Part shown: positions 1-9,284 of the stretch, piece by piece
Position numbering within the stretch: position 1 is the first letter of the stretch
Layout: every line of letters starts with the position of its first letter
Source of the DNA: Spirochaetia bacterium
GTDB taxonomy: Bacteria > Spirochaetota > Spirochaetia > SZUA-6 > Bin103
Direction of reading: 5' to 3'
DNA length: 64,000 bases
Assembly (NCBI GenBank): GCA_965208575.1
Contig: CBDBOV010000006.1
Location: forward strand, 32,001-96,000
Notes under the pieces: generated by a model
Database searches by the model: none
What the model was told of the DNA's origin: nothing
Seen by the model: only the letters and a program-made list of their open reading frames with translations
Program-made: the position numbers and the translations under genes

Positions 1-98
1 AGACGCCGCGTCGCCTGATCGGCGAACCCCTGAAACGCAGCAACGCGATTGCCCTCGAAGAATAGTCGCGTGTTCCGATCTCTGAAACCCCTGATCAA
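1..98 (-). CDS. higB: HigB-like (RelE/ParE superfamily) toxin, N-terminal part; runs off the window edge
   Basis: Manual translation from TTG at 98: MIRGFRDRNTRLFFEGNRVAAFQGFADQATRR, typical of the plasmid-maintenance killer family; imperfect TTACG-N5-CGTAG palindrome just upstream. Confidence 0.7.
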   Translation of the reverse strand, partial: MIRGFRDRNTRLFFEGNRVAAFQGFADQATRR

Positions 99-223
99 CG
101 GGGATACGGTAGCCGATCCTACGGTGTACGTAAAGCGTCGCTCCGTCCTACCGCTCCCTGAGAACGCGGCCCTGGCGAGGCACTCGCCGAATCGGTTACG
201 GTAACGGCGTGCTACAAGTGCGG

Positions 224-1177
224 ATGAGCGGGCGCAGCTTCGCGTTTCCGGGCGGCTATGTGGGCGGGCTGGCCGACTGCGCCGCCGATCCGCACGACCC
301 GGGCGCCGTGCCGGCGCTGCGGGCGGGCATGCGGCGGGACGGTTACCTGCTGCTGCGCGGGTTTGCCGACCGCGAGGCGGTGCTGGCAACGCGCCGCACG
401 CTGCTGGACCGGATGGCCGCCGACGGCTGGCTGGCGCCGGATGACGAGCCGTTGGCCGGGCGCAGCAATCCCGGGCGCCGGGGCGCCCCCACCGTCGACT
501 CCGAGCAGCCCGCCATCGCCGGATTCTACCGGGAGCAGCCGTTTCTGCCGTTCTTCGAGCGCTACTTCGGCGAGCCGGCGATGATCTACCCCAAGATCCT
601 CACCCGCGTAAAGAACACTGGCGGGCGCACCGGCATCCACTTCGACAACGTCTACATCGGAGATGGCTCGCCGCGCTTGCTGAGCTGCTGGATGCCGTGG
701 GGCGACGTCACTGCCGATCAGGGGACGCTGGCGATCTGCTCCGGATCGCACGATCTGGCCAGCTTTGCCCGCCTGCGCGACACCTACGGGCGCCACAACC
801 CCGACCGCGACTACATCAAGGGCGCCGACAACGCCGCCGGCCACTTCTCGTTCCAACTGCACGAGGTCACCGAGCGGTTCGGCGGGCGCTGGCTGACCGC
901 CAACTTTCGCGCCGGCGACGTGCTGGTGTTCCCGCCGTTCACCATGCACTGCGCGCTCGACAACACCACCGACCGCTTCCGCATCAGCTCCGACACCCGC
1001 TTCCAGCCGGCCGCCGACGCCACCGACCCGCGCTTCATGGCCGAGCAGCACATGCGCAGCGCGCTGCGCCACCGCTACCGCGTCGCCGACGGCGAGGTGG
1101 CCGCGCTGACCATGGACCAGGCGCGCGCCAAGTGGGGCCTGGGGGCAACCGCACCCACACGGCGCGAGCCGGGCTGA
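224..1177 (+). CDS. Phytanoyl-CoA dioxygenase (PhyH) family Fe(II)/2OG dioxygenase
   Basis: HxD (IHFD), GDVLVF, distal His (MHC) and RISSDTRFQ motifs; alternative start 209. Confidence 0.85.
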   Translation: MSGRSFAFPGGYVGGLADCAADPHDPGAVPALRAGMRRDGYLLLRGFADREAVLATRRTLLDRMAADGWLAPDDEPLAGRSNPGRRGAPTVDSEQPAIAGFYREQPFLPFFERYFGEPAMIYPKILTRVKNTGGRTGIHFDNVYIGDGSPRLLSCWMPWGDVTADQGTLAICSGSHDLASFARLRDTYGRHNPDRDYIKGADNAAGHFSFQLHEVTERFGGRWLTANFRAGDVLVFPPFTMHCALDNTTDRFRISSDTRFQPAADATDPRFMAEQHMRSALRHRYRVADGEVAALTMDQARAKWGLGATAPTRREPG

Positions 1178-1219
1178 TCGGCGCCGGGCGATTCGGATAG
1201 GCTGTCACCCGAGACACCG

Positions 1220-2227
1220 ATGCGAGTGAAACCGTTCATCGTCGGCAGCGGCATGTCGGGCAAGGCGATCGCCAAGGCCCTGGCCGTGATCGACATCGTC
1301 GACCCCGACCTCACCGTGGAGGCGCCCACCCAACTGCGCCGCGGGCAGCCCCTCGCCGGCCTGGCGGAGGGTCACGAGCAGCCGGTGCTGTGCATCTGCA
1401 ACCCGCACGGCCTGCACGCCCGCTACGTGATCGAGGCGCAGCGCGCCGGCTTCCGCGCCATCATTCTGGACAAGCCGCCGTGCGTGAACCTGGACGAACT
1501 GGCCGCCCTGCGCCGCCTGACCGCCGCGTGCGGCGACGAGTTGGCAGTGGCGGTGCTGCACGGCTACCGGCAGATGTGGGGGCCGCAGCAGATGCGGAAG
1601 ATGATCGCCGCCGGCGAGCTGGGCGACCTGTTCGCCATCGAGGGCGCCTATTGGCAGTCGTCGGCGGCCGAGCTGGCGGTGGCCACCGAGCCGCGCCCCG
1701 ACAAGGCGTGGAAGAGCGACGTCTCCCTCGGCGGCCCGACGGACACCTGCGTCGATCTCGGTACGCACTGGGTGGACCTGATGATGTTTCTGGCCGGCGA
1801 ACGGCCCGTGTCGGCGCGCACCTGGCTGTCGCACGTCAACGCCCCGGCGCCGAACCGGGACACCCACGTGCAGGTCTACCTGCAATTCCCGGCCTGCCGG
1901 TCGCTCGGGTCGGCCTCCAAGGGCGTGCACGGCGCCAGCCACCTGGACGTATCGGTGCTCGGCAGCGAGCGGGCGGTGCACTGGTCGTTCAACAATCCCG
2001 ACGAACTGCGTGTGGGGCGCGGCAACCAGGTCACCTGCATGCACCGCACCGCCGGGCGCTACGGCTCGCAGCAGCCGCCCTACCACGGCACCGGCTGGCT
2101 GGAGGGCTACACCGAGGTCTCGCACTGCTTCCTGCAGCGCCTCGCCGGGCGCGACGCCCCCGCGCACCCCACGCTGACCGAGGCACTCGACGTGATGGAG
2201 GTGCTGCTCACCGCCCAACCGCTGTAG
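1220..2227 (+). CDS. Gfo/Idh/MocA family oxidoreductase
   Basis: GSGMSG nucleotide-binding start, LDKPP, DLGTHWVD motifs. Confidence 0.8.
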   Translation: MRVKPFIVGSGMSGKAIAKALAVIDIVDPDLTVEAPTQLRRGQPLAGLAEGHEQPVLCICNPHGLHARYVIEAQRAGFRAIILDKPPCVNLDELAALRRLTAACGDELAVAVLHGYRQMWGPQQMRKMIAAGELGDLFAIEGAYWQSSAAELAVATEPRPDKAWKSDVSLGGPTDTCVDLGTHWVDLMMFLAGERPVSARTWLSHVNAPAPNRDTHVQVYLQFPACRSLGSASKGVHGASHLDVSVLGSERAVHWSFNNPDELRVGRGNQVTCMHRTAGRYGSQQPPYHGTGWLEGYTEVSHCFLQRLAGRDAPAHPTLTEALDVMEVLLTAQPL

Positions 2228-2277
2228 CAGTTTCCGCAGATTCCACTCCGGCTTGACGCCGCTACGCCAGTTCGGGG

Positions 2278-2583
2278 ATGGTGAAACCCGTGAATGCCGA
2301 GGCAATTGCCATAGCTGGTGTTGGCGTGGCCCTGCTGGCCGTACTGGTGCCGGTGGTGGTCCTGCAGAGCCGCCGCCTGGAACAACGCATAGACGCCGTC
2401 GCCGTCGCTCTGACAACTACCCGTACCGAGTTGCGCGCCGACGTGGCGGAGGTGCGCCGCGACCTCCACGCCCTGGCGGAACGCGTGGCGCGCATCGAGG
2501 GTGCGCTCACCGGTCCCTGGCGCCCCACCAACGGCTCGCCTGCGGCGGCATCCAAGACGCCCCCGGAAGCCACCGCCGAGTGA
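2278..2583 (+). CDS. Small membrane-anchored coiled-coil protein
   Basis: N-terminal hydrophobic helix, then heptad region ending LAERVARIEG. Confidence 0.65.
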   Translation: MVKPVNAEAIAIAGVGVALLAVLVPVVVLQSRRLEQRIDAVAVALTTTRTELRADVAEVRRDLHALAERVARIEGALTGPWRPTNGSPAAASKTPPEATAE

Positions 2584-2600
2584 GCAGTCAACCGCGCTAG

Positions 2601-4371
2601 CCCGCATCGCTCACCAAGGGGATCGGCTGGCCGATTTGGTCCCGAGTTGAGGGCGCCGGAAGTGTGCAGAGAGCAAGGAGGGGCCGTGGGGCGGCGGTGC
2701 GAGCGTGGTTTTCGTGCCACGCGCCGCTGATCAGGTCGTAATGGTCAGTCACAGGCGCTGCAAGCTGCGGAATTGGACGCACCTCCCCCTGGTCAGACCT
2801 GCTGCAGTGAGTTTCGTGGCGCTGTGGCGGGGCTACCCAGGTGCGTCGCGCACAGGGGCCACGCACACGGGGGCAGCGCGCAGGGCGGTGAGCGCCTGTG
2901 CGAACAGCTCCTGCAACGGATATACCGATGACAACGAGATCCGTACCCTGCGCACCGACACCTTGATACGTCCCGCGAGCTTGATCAGCCGCGCCCGGAT
3001 GGTGTCGAAGCGCGCGTTGGCAAGCTCGGTTCCTTGCAGTCCCACGCGGCGCAGGATCGTCAACAGGATGCCGGCAAAGGCGGAGAAGTACAGCCGTATC
3101 TGATTGGCACGCATCGTCGCCGTCGAGGTACGGTCGGCGAACAGCCACAGTTGCTGCTCCTTGATGCGGTTCTCCATGTCACCACGGGCGCAGTACAGCT
3201 CTTCGTAGAGGGCCTGCTTGGCAATCGTCTGCCGGTCGAGGCTGGTCACCACGAAGCGCGGATTGCCGCCGCCGGTGCCAGGCAGCCACTCCGCCTTGGC
3301 CACCACCCGGCGGCTTCGGCTCCACGAGTCCAGCGTTCGGTAGCGGAACTCCCGGAACCGTCGCGACGCCTTCCCGCTCGCCGCACTGCGGCGCCGCGAC
3401 TTGCGCAGCGCCTTGGCGATGCGCCGCTGCAGGCGTGCGTTGCGCGCCAAGCCGAGCACATAATCGACGCCGTTGTCCTCGCACCAAGCCATGATCGATT
3501 CGCGACAGAATCCCGAGTCACCGCGCACCAGAATCTTCGTCTCCGGCCAGCGTTGGCGGATCTGCGCCACTATCACTGTCAGTTCCTCCACCGCTCCGTC
3601 ACTCGCGTCGCAGTCGGCGCGGCGCAGACGGCAGCGCAGCACATGCTCGCCACAGGTGATGTACAGCGGCAGATAACAGTAATGGCCGTAGTAGCCATGG
3701 AAGAAGCGGCCTTCCTGGTTGCCGTGCAACCGGTCATCGGTCGCATCCAGATCCAGCACTACCTGTGCCGGCGGTCGCCGCTCGCTGTCCAGAAACAGAT
3801 CCACCAGCAGGTCGTCGATGATCCGGCCATCGGCGAGGATCTTCTTGTAGCGATGACACTTGGCCGTGTCTGGATCGCCCAGCTCCAGGCGGTTCAAGGT
3901 GCTGGACCCGGCCAGGGCGTGACCGCGGTCACGTTCGCGCAGGCGCTGCGCGCCGGTCACATCGGCGCACCCGGTGGCCAACGCCAGAGCGCTGTCGTCA
4001 CGCAATCGGTCATGGTCATTGAGGTCCTCATAGCCGGCCGCCAGCCCCAGCACCCGCTGGGCGATCAGGATCTGAAGGGGATGCTCGACCCGCTCCGGAT
4101 CGCGATAGTCGGTGAAACAGGCCGCCAGTCGGCCGGTCACGTCAAATAACCGGTCAGCTTCGCGGAGCAACAGCACGCCGCTGTCCGATGTCAGCCGACC
4201 GCCATCAAACGCGCCCACGACCGAGCGCCGTCCGAGACCTTCAAATAGCAGTTGTTCTGTAGTACAGTGTGTTTCCACGGGGTGGTTCCTTGTGGCTTTG
4301 TATTTGTTGCTACCATATACAGATAACCACAAATTCCACCCCGTGTCTATCCCCCTGGTGAGCTTTCCGGG
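2601..4371 (-). mobile_element. IS1380-family insertion sequence, complete
   Basis: Imperfect terminal IRs CCCGCATCGCTCACCAAGGGG / CCCGGAAAGCTCACCAGGGGG; CTAG duplicated at 2597-2600 and 4372-4375. Confidence 0.9.
2833..4278 (-). CDS. IS1380-family transposase (DDE)
   Basis: FDGGRLTSDSG, LDLDAT, RGDSGF, YCARGDMENRIKE motifs; GTG start 4278 lies in a long inverted repeat (4276-4345). Confidence 0.93.
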   Translation of the reverse strand: METHCTTEQLLFEGLGRRSVVGAFDGGRLTSDSGVLLLREADRLFDVTGRLAACFTDYRDPERVEHPLQILIAQRVLGLAAGYEDLNDHDRLRDDSALALATGCADVTGAQRLRERDRGHALAGSSTLNRLELGDPDTAKCHRYKKILADGRIIDDLLVDLFLDSERRPPAQVVLDLDATDDRLHGNQEGRFFHGYYGHYCYLPLYITCGEHVLRCRLRRADCDASDGAVEELTVIVAQIRQRWPETKILVRGDSGFCRESIMAWCEDNGVDYVLGLARNARLQRRIAKALRKSRRRSAASGKASRRFREFRYRTLDSWSRSRRVVAKAEWLPGTGGGNPRFVVTSLDRQTIAKQALYEELYCARGDMENRIKEQQLWLFADRTSTATMRANQIRLYFSAFAGILLTILRRVGLQGTELANARFDTIRARLIKLAGRIKVSVRRVRISLSSVYPLQELFAQALTALRAAPVCVAPVRDAPG

Positions 4372-5403
4372 CTAGGCGGCCTGGTCGCCGGGCCGGCCGC
4401 GCATGCGGGCGTGGGCGCGTTCGCGCATGCGGCGGTGGGCCTCCTTGGAGCCGTCGTGGAAGCTGCCGAACCAGCGGTCGATCGGCACCGTGCCGTCACC
4501 GCCGTAGTTGCACTCGAAGTAGCGGTGGTGCAGGTAGTGGAAGTAGTTGGCGTTGCGGACCGTTTTGCCCTTGTTGCCGAACTCCAGCTCGTCGAAACCG
4601 GAGTGGCCCGGCGCCGGCGACAGCCCGGCGTGCATCAGGTGCATCATCGCGTGCAGCGGGTGCGACGGTATGATCCAGTGCAGGAACACCCCGGTGAAGT
4701 AGATCAGGTGCTCGATCGGATGCATCGACAGCCCCGACCAGGGTCCGATGTTGACGTTCTTGTGATGCAGGTAGTGGGCCGCCTTGTAGAGCGGCTTCCA
4801 ATGGGTGAGCCGGTGCGCCCAGTAGAAGTGCACCTCGCGCATCAGGCCGACGGCCACGAGCAGCAGGACGAAGTAGACCGGGTTGGTGCGGAAGTCGACG
4901 TACGGCAGGTGGCCGTTGGCGTACATCCACATCGTCAGGGCCTCGAACAGCGACCAGACGCCGACCCCGCTGACCAGGGTCCAGAACATATTGTCACGCG
5001 TCTGATTGCCGAACAGGAACCGGCGGTTGCCGGTGCTGAGCCAGCGCTCGTTGTACTTGTAGTGCGTGCCCTGCGCCCGCTTGATGTACAGGCGCAGGTG
5101 CCAGGCGCCGAACCACAGCAGGACGATCCCGACGTTGCGCAGGTAGATACCGATCATCCAGCCCGGCTCGAAGCGCGCCATGCGCTCCAACTCCGGGGTC
5201 AGGAACAGCCAGGCGACCACGCTCACCGCGATGAAGATGGCGTTGAACGGATACAGGTAGCCGGGGAATCCGAACAGCCACTTCAGAAACGCCTTCGGCC
5301 GCGGCGGCCACACGAACACCGCCGGCGTCTGTATCAACTCCGCGGGCTGCCACTCGCCGCGTGCATCGCGCGCTCCAAGATCCGCTTCCGCCACTGCCGT
5401 CAC
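4372..5403 (-). CDS. Sterol desaturase / fatty acid hydroxylase family protein
   Basis: His boxes HFYWAHR, HYLHH, HSGF, HYLHHR; TM segments; GGGAGG RBS before GTG 5403. Confidence 0.9.
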   Translation of the reverse strand: MTAVAEADLGARDARGEWQPAELIQTPAVFVWPPRPKAFLKWLFGFPGYLYPFNAIFIAVSVVAWLFLTPELERMARFEPGWMIGIYLRNVGIVLLWFGAWHLRLYIKRAQGTHYKYNERWLSTGNRRFLFGNQTRDNMFWTLVSGVGVWSLFEALTMWMYANGHLPYVDFRTNPVYFVLLLVAVGLMREVHFYWAHRLTHWKPLYKAAHYLHHKNVNIGPWSGLSMHPIEHLIYFTGVFLHWIIPSHPLHAMMHLMHAGLSPAPGHSGFDELEFGNKGKTVRNANYFHYLHHRYFECNYGGDGTVPIDRWFGSFHDGSKEAHRRMRERAHARMRGRPGDQAA

Positions 5404-5618
5404 CCTCCCGGTTGGTGTGCGGCCCGCCACCCTGGCAAGCGCCGGGTTGCCCGCCCGCCCTCCTTTCTGGCACAAAACAGCTCTTCGCGCAAGGAGGCGA
5501 AGCGACTTCCGGCAGCTCCCGGCAGCCCGCGCTGCCGGCCCTACCGGTCGCTGCCGACGACCTGGGTGGCCGTGGCCTGCCGGTAGCGGTGGTCAGCAAC
5601 GACCGATTCGTTGCCGTG

Positions 5619-5647
5619 TTGCAAAAGAAACGATCATTTCTTAAGAT
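5619..5647 (+). promoter_or_regulatory. Putative sigma70 promoter of the Fic gene with overlapping operator
   Basis: TTGCAA-N17-TAAGAT with AAGAAA-N6-TTTCTT inverted repeat in the spacer. Confidence 0.55.
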
Positions 5648-5676
5648 CGCCATAAGGAAGGGAAGGCTTCTCAACG

Positions 5677-6834
5677 ATGGCACGCACTACCGGCCGGTAC
5701 CGCATCACCAGCACCATGGGAGAGCAGGTGCGCGCGTTCGTCCCCGACCCGTTGCCGCCGGCGAATCCGCCGCTGGCCCTGCATGGGCCGGCGACAGAGC
5801 TGCACGCCGGTGCTCTGGCCGCTCTTTCCCGCCTCACTCTGGCCGGAACGATGGTGCCGAGCACCGATTGGTTCCTGTACGGTTTCGTCCGCAAGGAGGC
5901 GGTACTCACCTCGCAGATCGAAGGGGTGCAGGCCACGCTCCCGGACGTGGTGACCTATGATGCGACCGCCCGCACCGAGCGATTCGAAGATGTCCAGGAG
6001 GTCTGCCACTACGTCGACGCCCTCGCATACGCTCGCGCCCAGATCGCCGATCCGCGTGGGCTGCCGCTCAGCATCCGCCTGCTGCGCGATACCCATCGCA
6101 TCCTGATGAGCGGCGTCCGCGGCAGTGACAAGCTACCGGGGGAGATACGCCGGTCGCAAAACTGGATCGGCGGCAGACGGCCGGGCACCGCCCGCTTCGT
6201 TCCGCCTCCGCCCGAGGATGTCCCGGCCGCGCTGGCGGCGCTGGAGCGGTGGTGGCATGCCGACAGCGACCTGCCGCCGCTGGTTCGGGCCGGGCTCGCA
6301 CACGTGCAGTTCGAGACGATCCACCCGTTCCTGGACGGCAACGGCCGCATCGGCCGGCTGCTGATCGCCCTGCTGATCGAGCACTGGGGCCTGCTCGATC
6401 AGCCATTGCTCTACCTCAGCGTGGCGTTCCGGCGGGCTCAGGCCGAGTACTACGAACGGCTGTCGGCCGTGCGCTCCGCCGGCGACTGGGAAGGCTGGAC
6501 CGCGTTCTTCCTGGAGTGTGTGCACGTCGCTGCCGACGACGGCGTGCGCGTTGCCCGCGACATCCATGCCCTGGTCGGGCGCCACCGCAGCCGCATCCTG
6601 TCGCACGGCCGCTCGACCGTTGCGGCGCTTCGCTTGGTGGAGCGCCTGCCCGCCAATCCGGTGGTAACCGTACCCAGGGCATCCGAGCTGCTCGCTCTGA
6701 CGGCGCCGGCAGTCCGGAAGGCAGTCGCGCTGCTCGAAGACCTTGGCGTGCTGCGCGAGGTCACCGGCCGGCAGCGCGGCCGCGTGTACGCATATCACGA
6801 GTACCTGGAAGCCCTGATCGGTGGCGACGGCTGA
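5677..6834 (+). CDS. Fic family protein with C-terminal wHTH
   Basis: Canonical HPFLDGNGRIGR; inhibitory-type TSQIEG motif; C-terminal REVTGRQRGRVY. Confidence 0.93.
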   Translation: MARTTGRYRITSTMGEQVRAFVPDPLPPANPPLALHGPATELHAGALAALSRLTLAGTMVPSTDWFLYGFVRKEAVLTSQIEGVQATLPDVVTYDATARTERFEDVQEVCHYVDALAYARAQIADPRGLPLSIRLLRDTHRILMSGVRGSDKLPGEIRRSQNWIGGRRPGTARFVPPPPEDVPAALAALERWWHADSDLPPLVRAGLAHVQFETIHPFLDGNGRIGRLLIALLIEHWGLLDQPLLYLSVAFRRAQAEYYERLSAVRSAGDWEGWTAFFLECVHVAADDGVRVARDIHALVGRHRSRILSHGRSTVAALRLVERLPANPVVTVPRASELLALTAPAVRKAVALLEDLGVLREVTGRQRGRVYAYHEYLEALIGGDG

Positions 6835-6880
6835 ACCGCCAGGCGGTCGGCGCGCCGGCGTTCCTGTGCCAGCTCGTCCG

Positions 6881-7057
6881 TCAGCCGGCCTGCTGCAGCT
6901 CACCCACCGTGGCGTCGAGCGCGGCTTGCTCGACGTCGGCGAGCACCACGCGCATGCCCTCACGCGCAAAACGCTCCGCCAGGCCACGACCGATGCCGGC
7001 TGCTGCTCCGGTCACCACCGCAGTGCGCCCCGCCTGGAGACTCGGCCGCCATCCCAC
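6881..7057 (-). pseudogene. Short-chain dehydrogenase N-terminal fragment
   Basis: RTAVVTGAAAGIGRGLAERFAREGMRVVLADVE then stop after ~58 codons. Confidence 0.75.
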
Positions 7058-7070
7058 CCTCTGTCTGGAC

Positions 7071-7139
7071 TTGCTTTTCTGTTACTACCAAGATTGCTAT
7101 ATTGCTTCTACGAGCGTTGCTATTTTGTTAATAGGAGCA
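7071..7139 (+). repeat. Three imperfect 23-bp AT-rich direct repeats upstream of an AAA-DUF4143 relic
   Basis: TTGCTTTTCTGTTA (7071), TTGCTATATTGCTT (7094), TTGCTATTTTGTTA (7117). Confidence 0.7.
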
Positions 7140-7167
7140 TTCCCCAGGTGCTGATGGCCGACTGTAG

Positions 7168-7576
7168 ATGACCTACCGAGCACGAATTGCAGACCGCGAG
7201 TTGCGGCGCCGCCTCGACGCCAACGGCGCCGTCGTCATCGAGGGGTCAAGACCCTTTGTTCGAGTCGCTGGTTATTCGCGACCTGCGCATCTACGCCCAA
7301 CACAGTGACGCCGAGGTACTCCAGTATCGTGACAATACCGGTCTCGAGGTCGATGCCATCGTGCAGCGCTCGGACGGGCGGTGGGCGGCGTTCGAAGTCA
7401 AGTTGGGGACGGGGATGATCGACCACGCAGCGACCAACCTGCTGCGCTTCGCCAAGCGCGTGGACACGAGCAGGAGCAGATCCCCAACCGCGCTCGCCGT
7501 GATCGTGGCTCGTGGCTACGGCTATGTGCGTCCGGACGGGGTCCACGTGATCCCAATCGGAGCGCTCGGACCGTAG
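7168..7576 (+). pseudogene. Internally deleted AAA_14/DUF4143 gene
   Basis: MTYRARIADRELRRRLDANGAVVIEG stops at the Walker A position and joins out of frame to the C-terminus LFESLVIRDL...EVDAIV...AFEVK. Confidence 0.8.
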
Positions 7577-7584
7577 CCCACGCG

Positions 7585-9132
7585 TCAGGCGTCGGCGGTC
7601 TCGAAGGCGGTGATGTTGCGAGTGGCGCGGCTGAACTCGACGCCCACCAGGTGGATCGGTTCGCCTGCGGCGCGGTACTTGTCGGCGTAGCGGCGCCCCT
7701 GCAACTGGGCGAGCGCCGACCCGGGCGGCGCCATCTCCGCCACCTTGAACTCGAACAGGTAGACGTGGCCGGCGGCGCGCACCGCCATGTCCAGCCGCCC
7801 GTGACTGCTCGACTCCTCCACCGTGATGTCGTAGCCGAGCGCGGCGAAGTAGGAGTAGAACACGCTGGCGTAGAAGCCCTCGTAATCGGCGATGTCGTTG
7901 TTGGTGTACCATTGGTACGGGATGCTGGCGAAGAACGCGCTGAACAGCTCCCGGAGGCCGGCGCAATCGTGCGCCTCCAGCAGGCGCGCCAGGCGGATGC
8001 TGTTGGCGGTCTGCTGCGCCGTGTCCTGCACCAGGTGGCGCAGCAGCACCCGGTTCAGGCTCTGCCGCACCTCCCGGTTGGGATAGCCGAGCCGATACAA
8101 CGCCTCGCCGCCCAGCCGCTCTTCCGCGGCGATGGTCAAGTAGCCGGTCTGGAACAGTAGCGCCTCGGTGCCGATGTGGTGCACGTCGAACGCCGACAGC
8201 AACTCCGCCGTGCTCACCGTGTCGTCCAGCGAAACCGACGACACGCGGCGTTCGAACAGCTTGTCCACCAGGAACGCGGGCGTCCCGGTCTCGAACCAGT
8301 GCGCAGCGTATTCGCCGCGGCGCAGCAGCAGGAGCACGTCGTAGGGGTTGTACACTTTCTCGGCGCCGCGCCAGCTATAGCCGTTGTACCAATCCCGCAC
8401 CTGCTCCCGGTCCAGCGCCGCCATCTCTGGGGCGAACACCGTGTCCAGGTCTTGTTCCGTGTAGCCGCAGATCGACGAGTACGGGGGATCGAGCGTGATG
8501 TCGGTGAGGTTGTTCAGTTGCGAAAAGAGGTTGACCTTCGAGAACTTGGTGATGCCGGTGAGGAACGTGAACCGCACGTGGGCGTCGTTGTCCTTGATCA
8601 CGCCGTACAGCCCGCGCAGGTAGTCGCGGTTGGCGCGCGCCGTCTCGCGCTCCTCCAGCACGTCCAGGATCGGCTTGTCGTACTCGTCCACCAGCACCGC
8701 CACCCGCTGCCCGGCGTGCGCATGCAAAGTCCGTAGCAGATGGGCGAACCGTTCCGGCGCGGTGGCGTAACGTGCGCTCACGCCCTCTCGTTCCGCCACC
8801 GCTTCCAATTGCGCCAGGACACTCGTGTTCACATTCGCCGGCTCGATGAAGCTGCCACCGCCGAAGCTCAACCGCACCACCGGATGGCGCTGCGACCAGT
8901 CGTGGCGGGCGTGGATGTGCAGGCCGGCGAACAGCTCCTCGCTGCCTTCAAACAGCTCCTTGAGGGTATCCAGGAACAGGCTCTTGCCGAAGCGACGGGG
9001 GCGCGACAGGAAATAGTGCTTGCCTTCAAGGAGTAGTCGCTCAATGTAGCCAGTCTTGTCGACATAATAGCAGTCCTGCTCACGCAACTCGCGAAACGTT
9101 TGTATACCGATCGGCAGCCTGCGCCTGATCAT
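7585..9132 (-). CDS. AAA-ATPase-like protein with C-terminal PD-(D/E)XK nuclease
   Basis: LPIGIQTF, YVDKT, RPRRFGKS, LVDEYDKP, GRLDM...FEFK. Confidence 0.92.
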   Translation of the reverse strand: MIRRRLPIGIQTFRELREQDCYYVDKTGYIERLLLEGKHYFLSRPRRFGKSLFLDTLKELFEGSEELFAGLHIHARHDWSQRHPVVRLSFGGGSFIEPANVNTSVLAQLEAVAEREGVSARYATAPERFAHLLRTLHAHAGQRVAVLVDEYDKPILDVLEERETARANRDYLRGLYGVIKDNDAHVRFTFLTGITKFSKVNLFSQLNNLTDITLDPPYSSICGYTEQDLDTVFAPEMAALDREQVRDWYNGYSWRGAEKVYNPYDVLLLLRRGEYAAHWFETGTPAFLVDKLFERRVSSVSLDDTVSTAELLSAFDVHHIGTEALLFQTGYLTIAAEERLGGEALYRLGYPNREVRQSLNRVLLRHLVQDTAQQTANSIRLARLLEAHDCAGLRELFSAFFASIPYQWYTNNDIADYEGFYASVFYSYFAALGYDITVEESSSHGRLDMAVRAAGHVYLFEFKVAEMAPPGSALAQLQGRRYADKYRAAGEPIHLVGVEFSRATRNITAFETADA

Positions 9133-9284
9133 GGCTCATCTTACCGCGCCGCACGGCGACACGAAACCGACGCGGGAAGGTGGGTGTTGACGGCCCGAGT
9201 CCTGCCACCGCGCATGTACGGGTCCAGGCGACATCCGCCACGCCGGCAGTGCCGAGGGCAGCGCGAGGTTCCGATGATAGGGAC

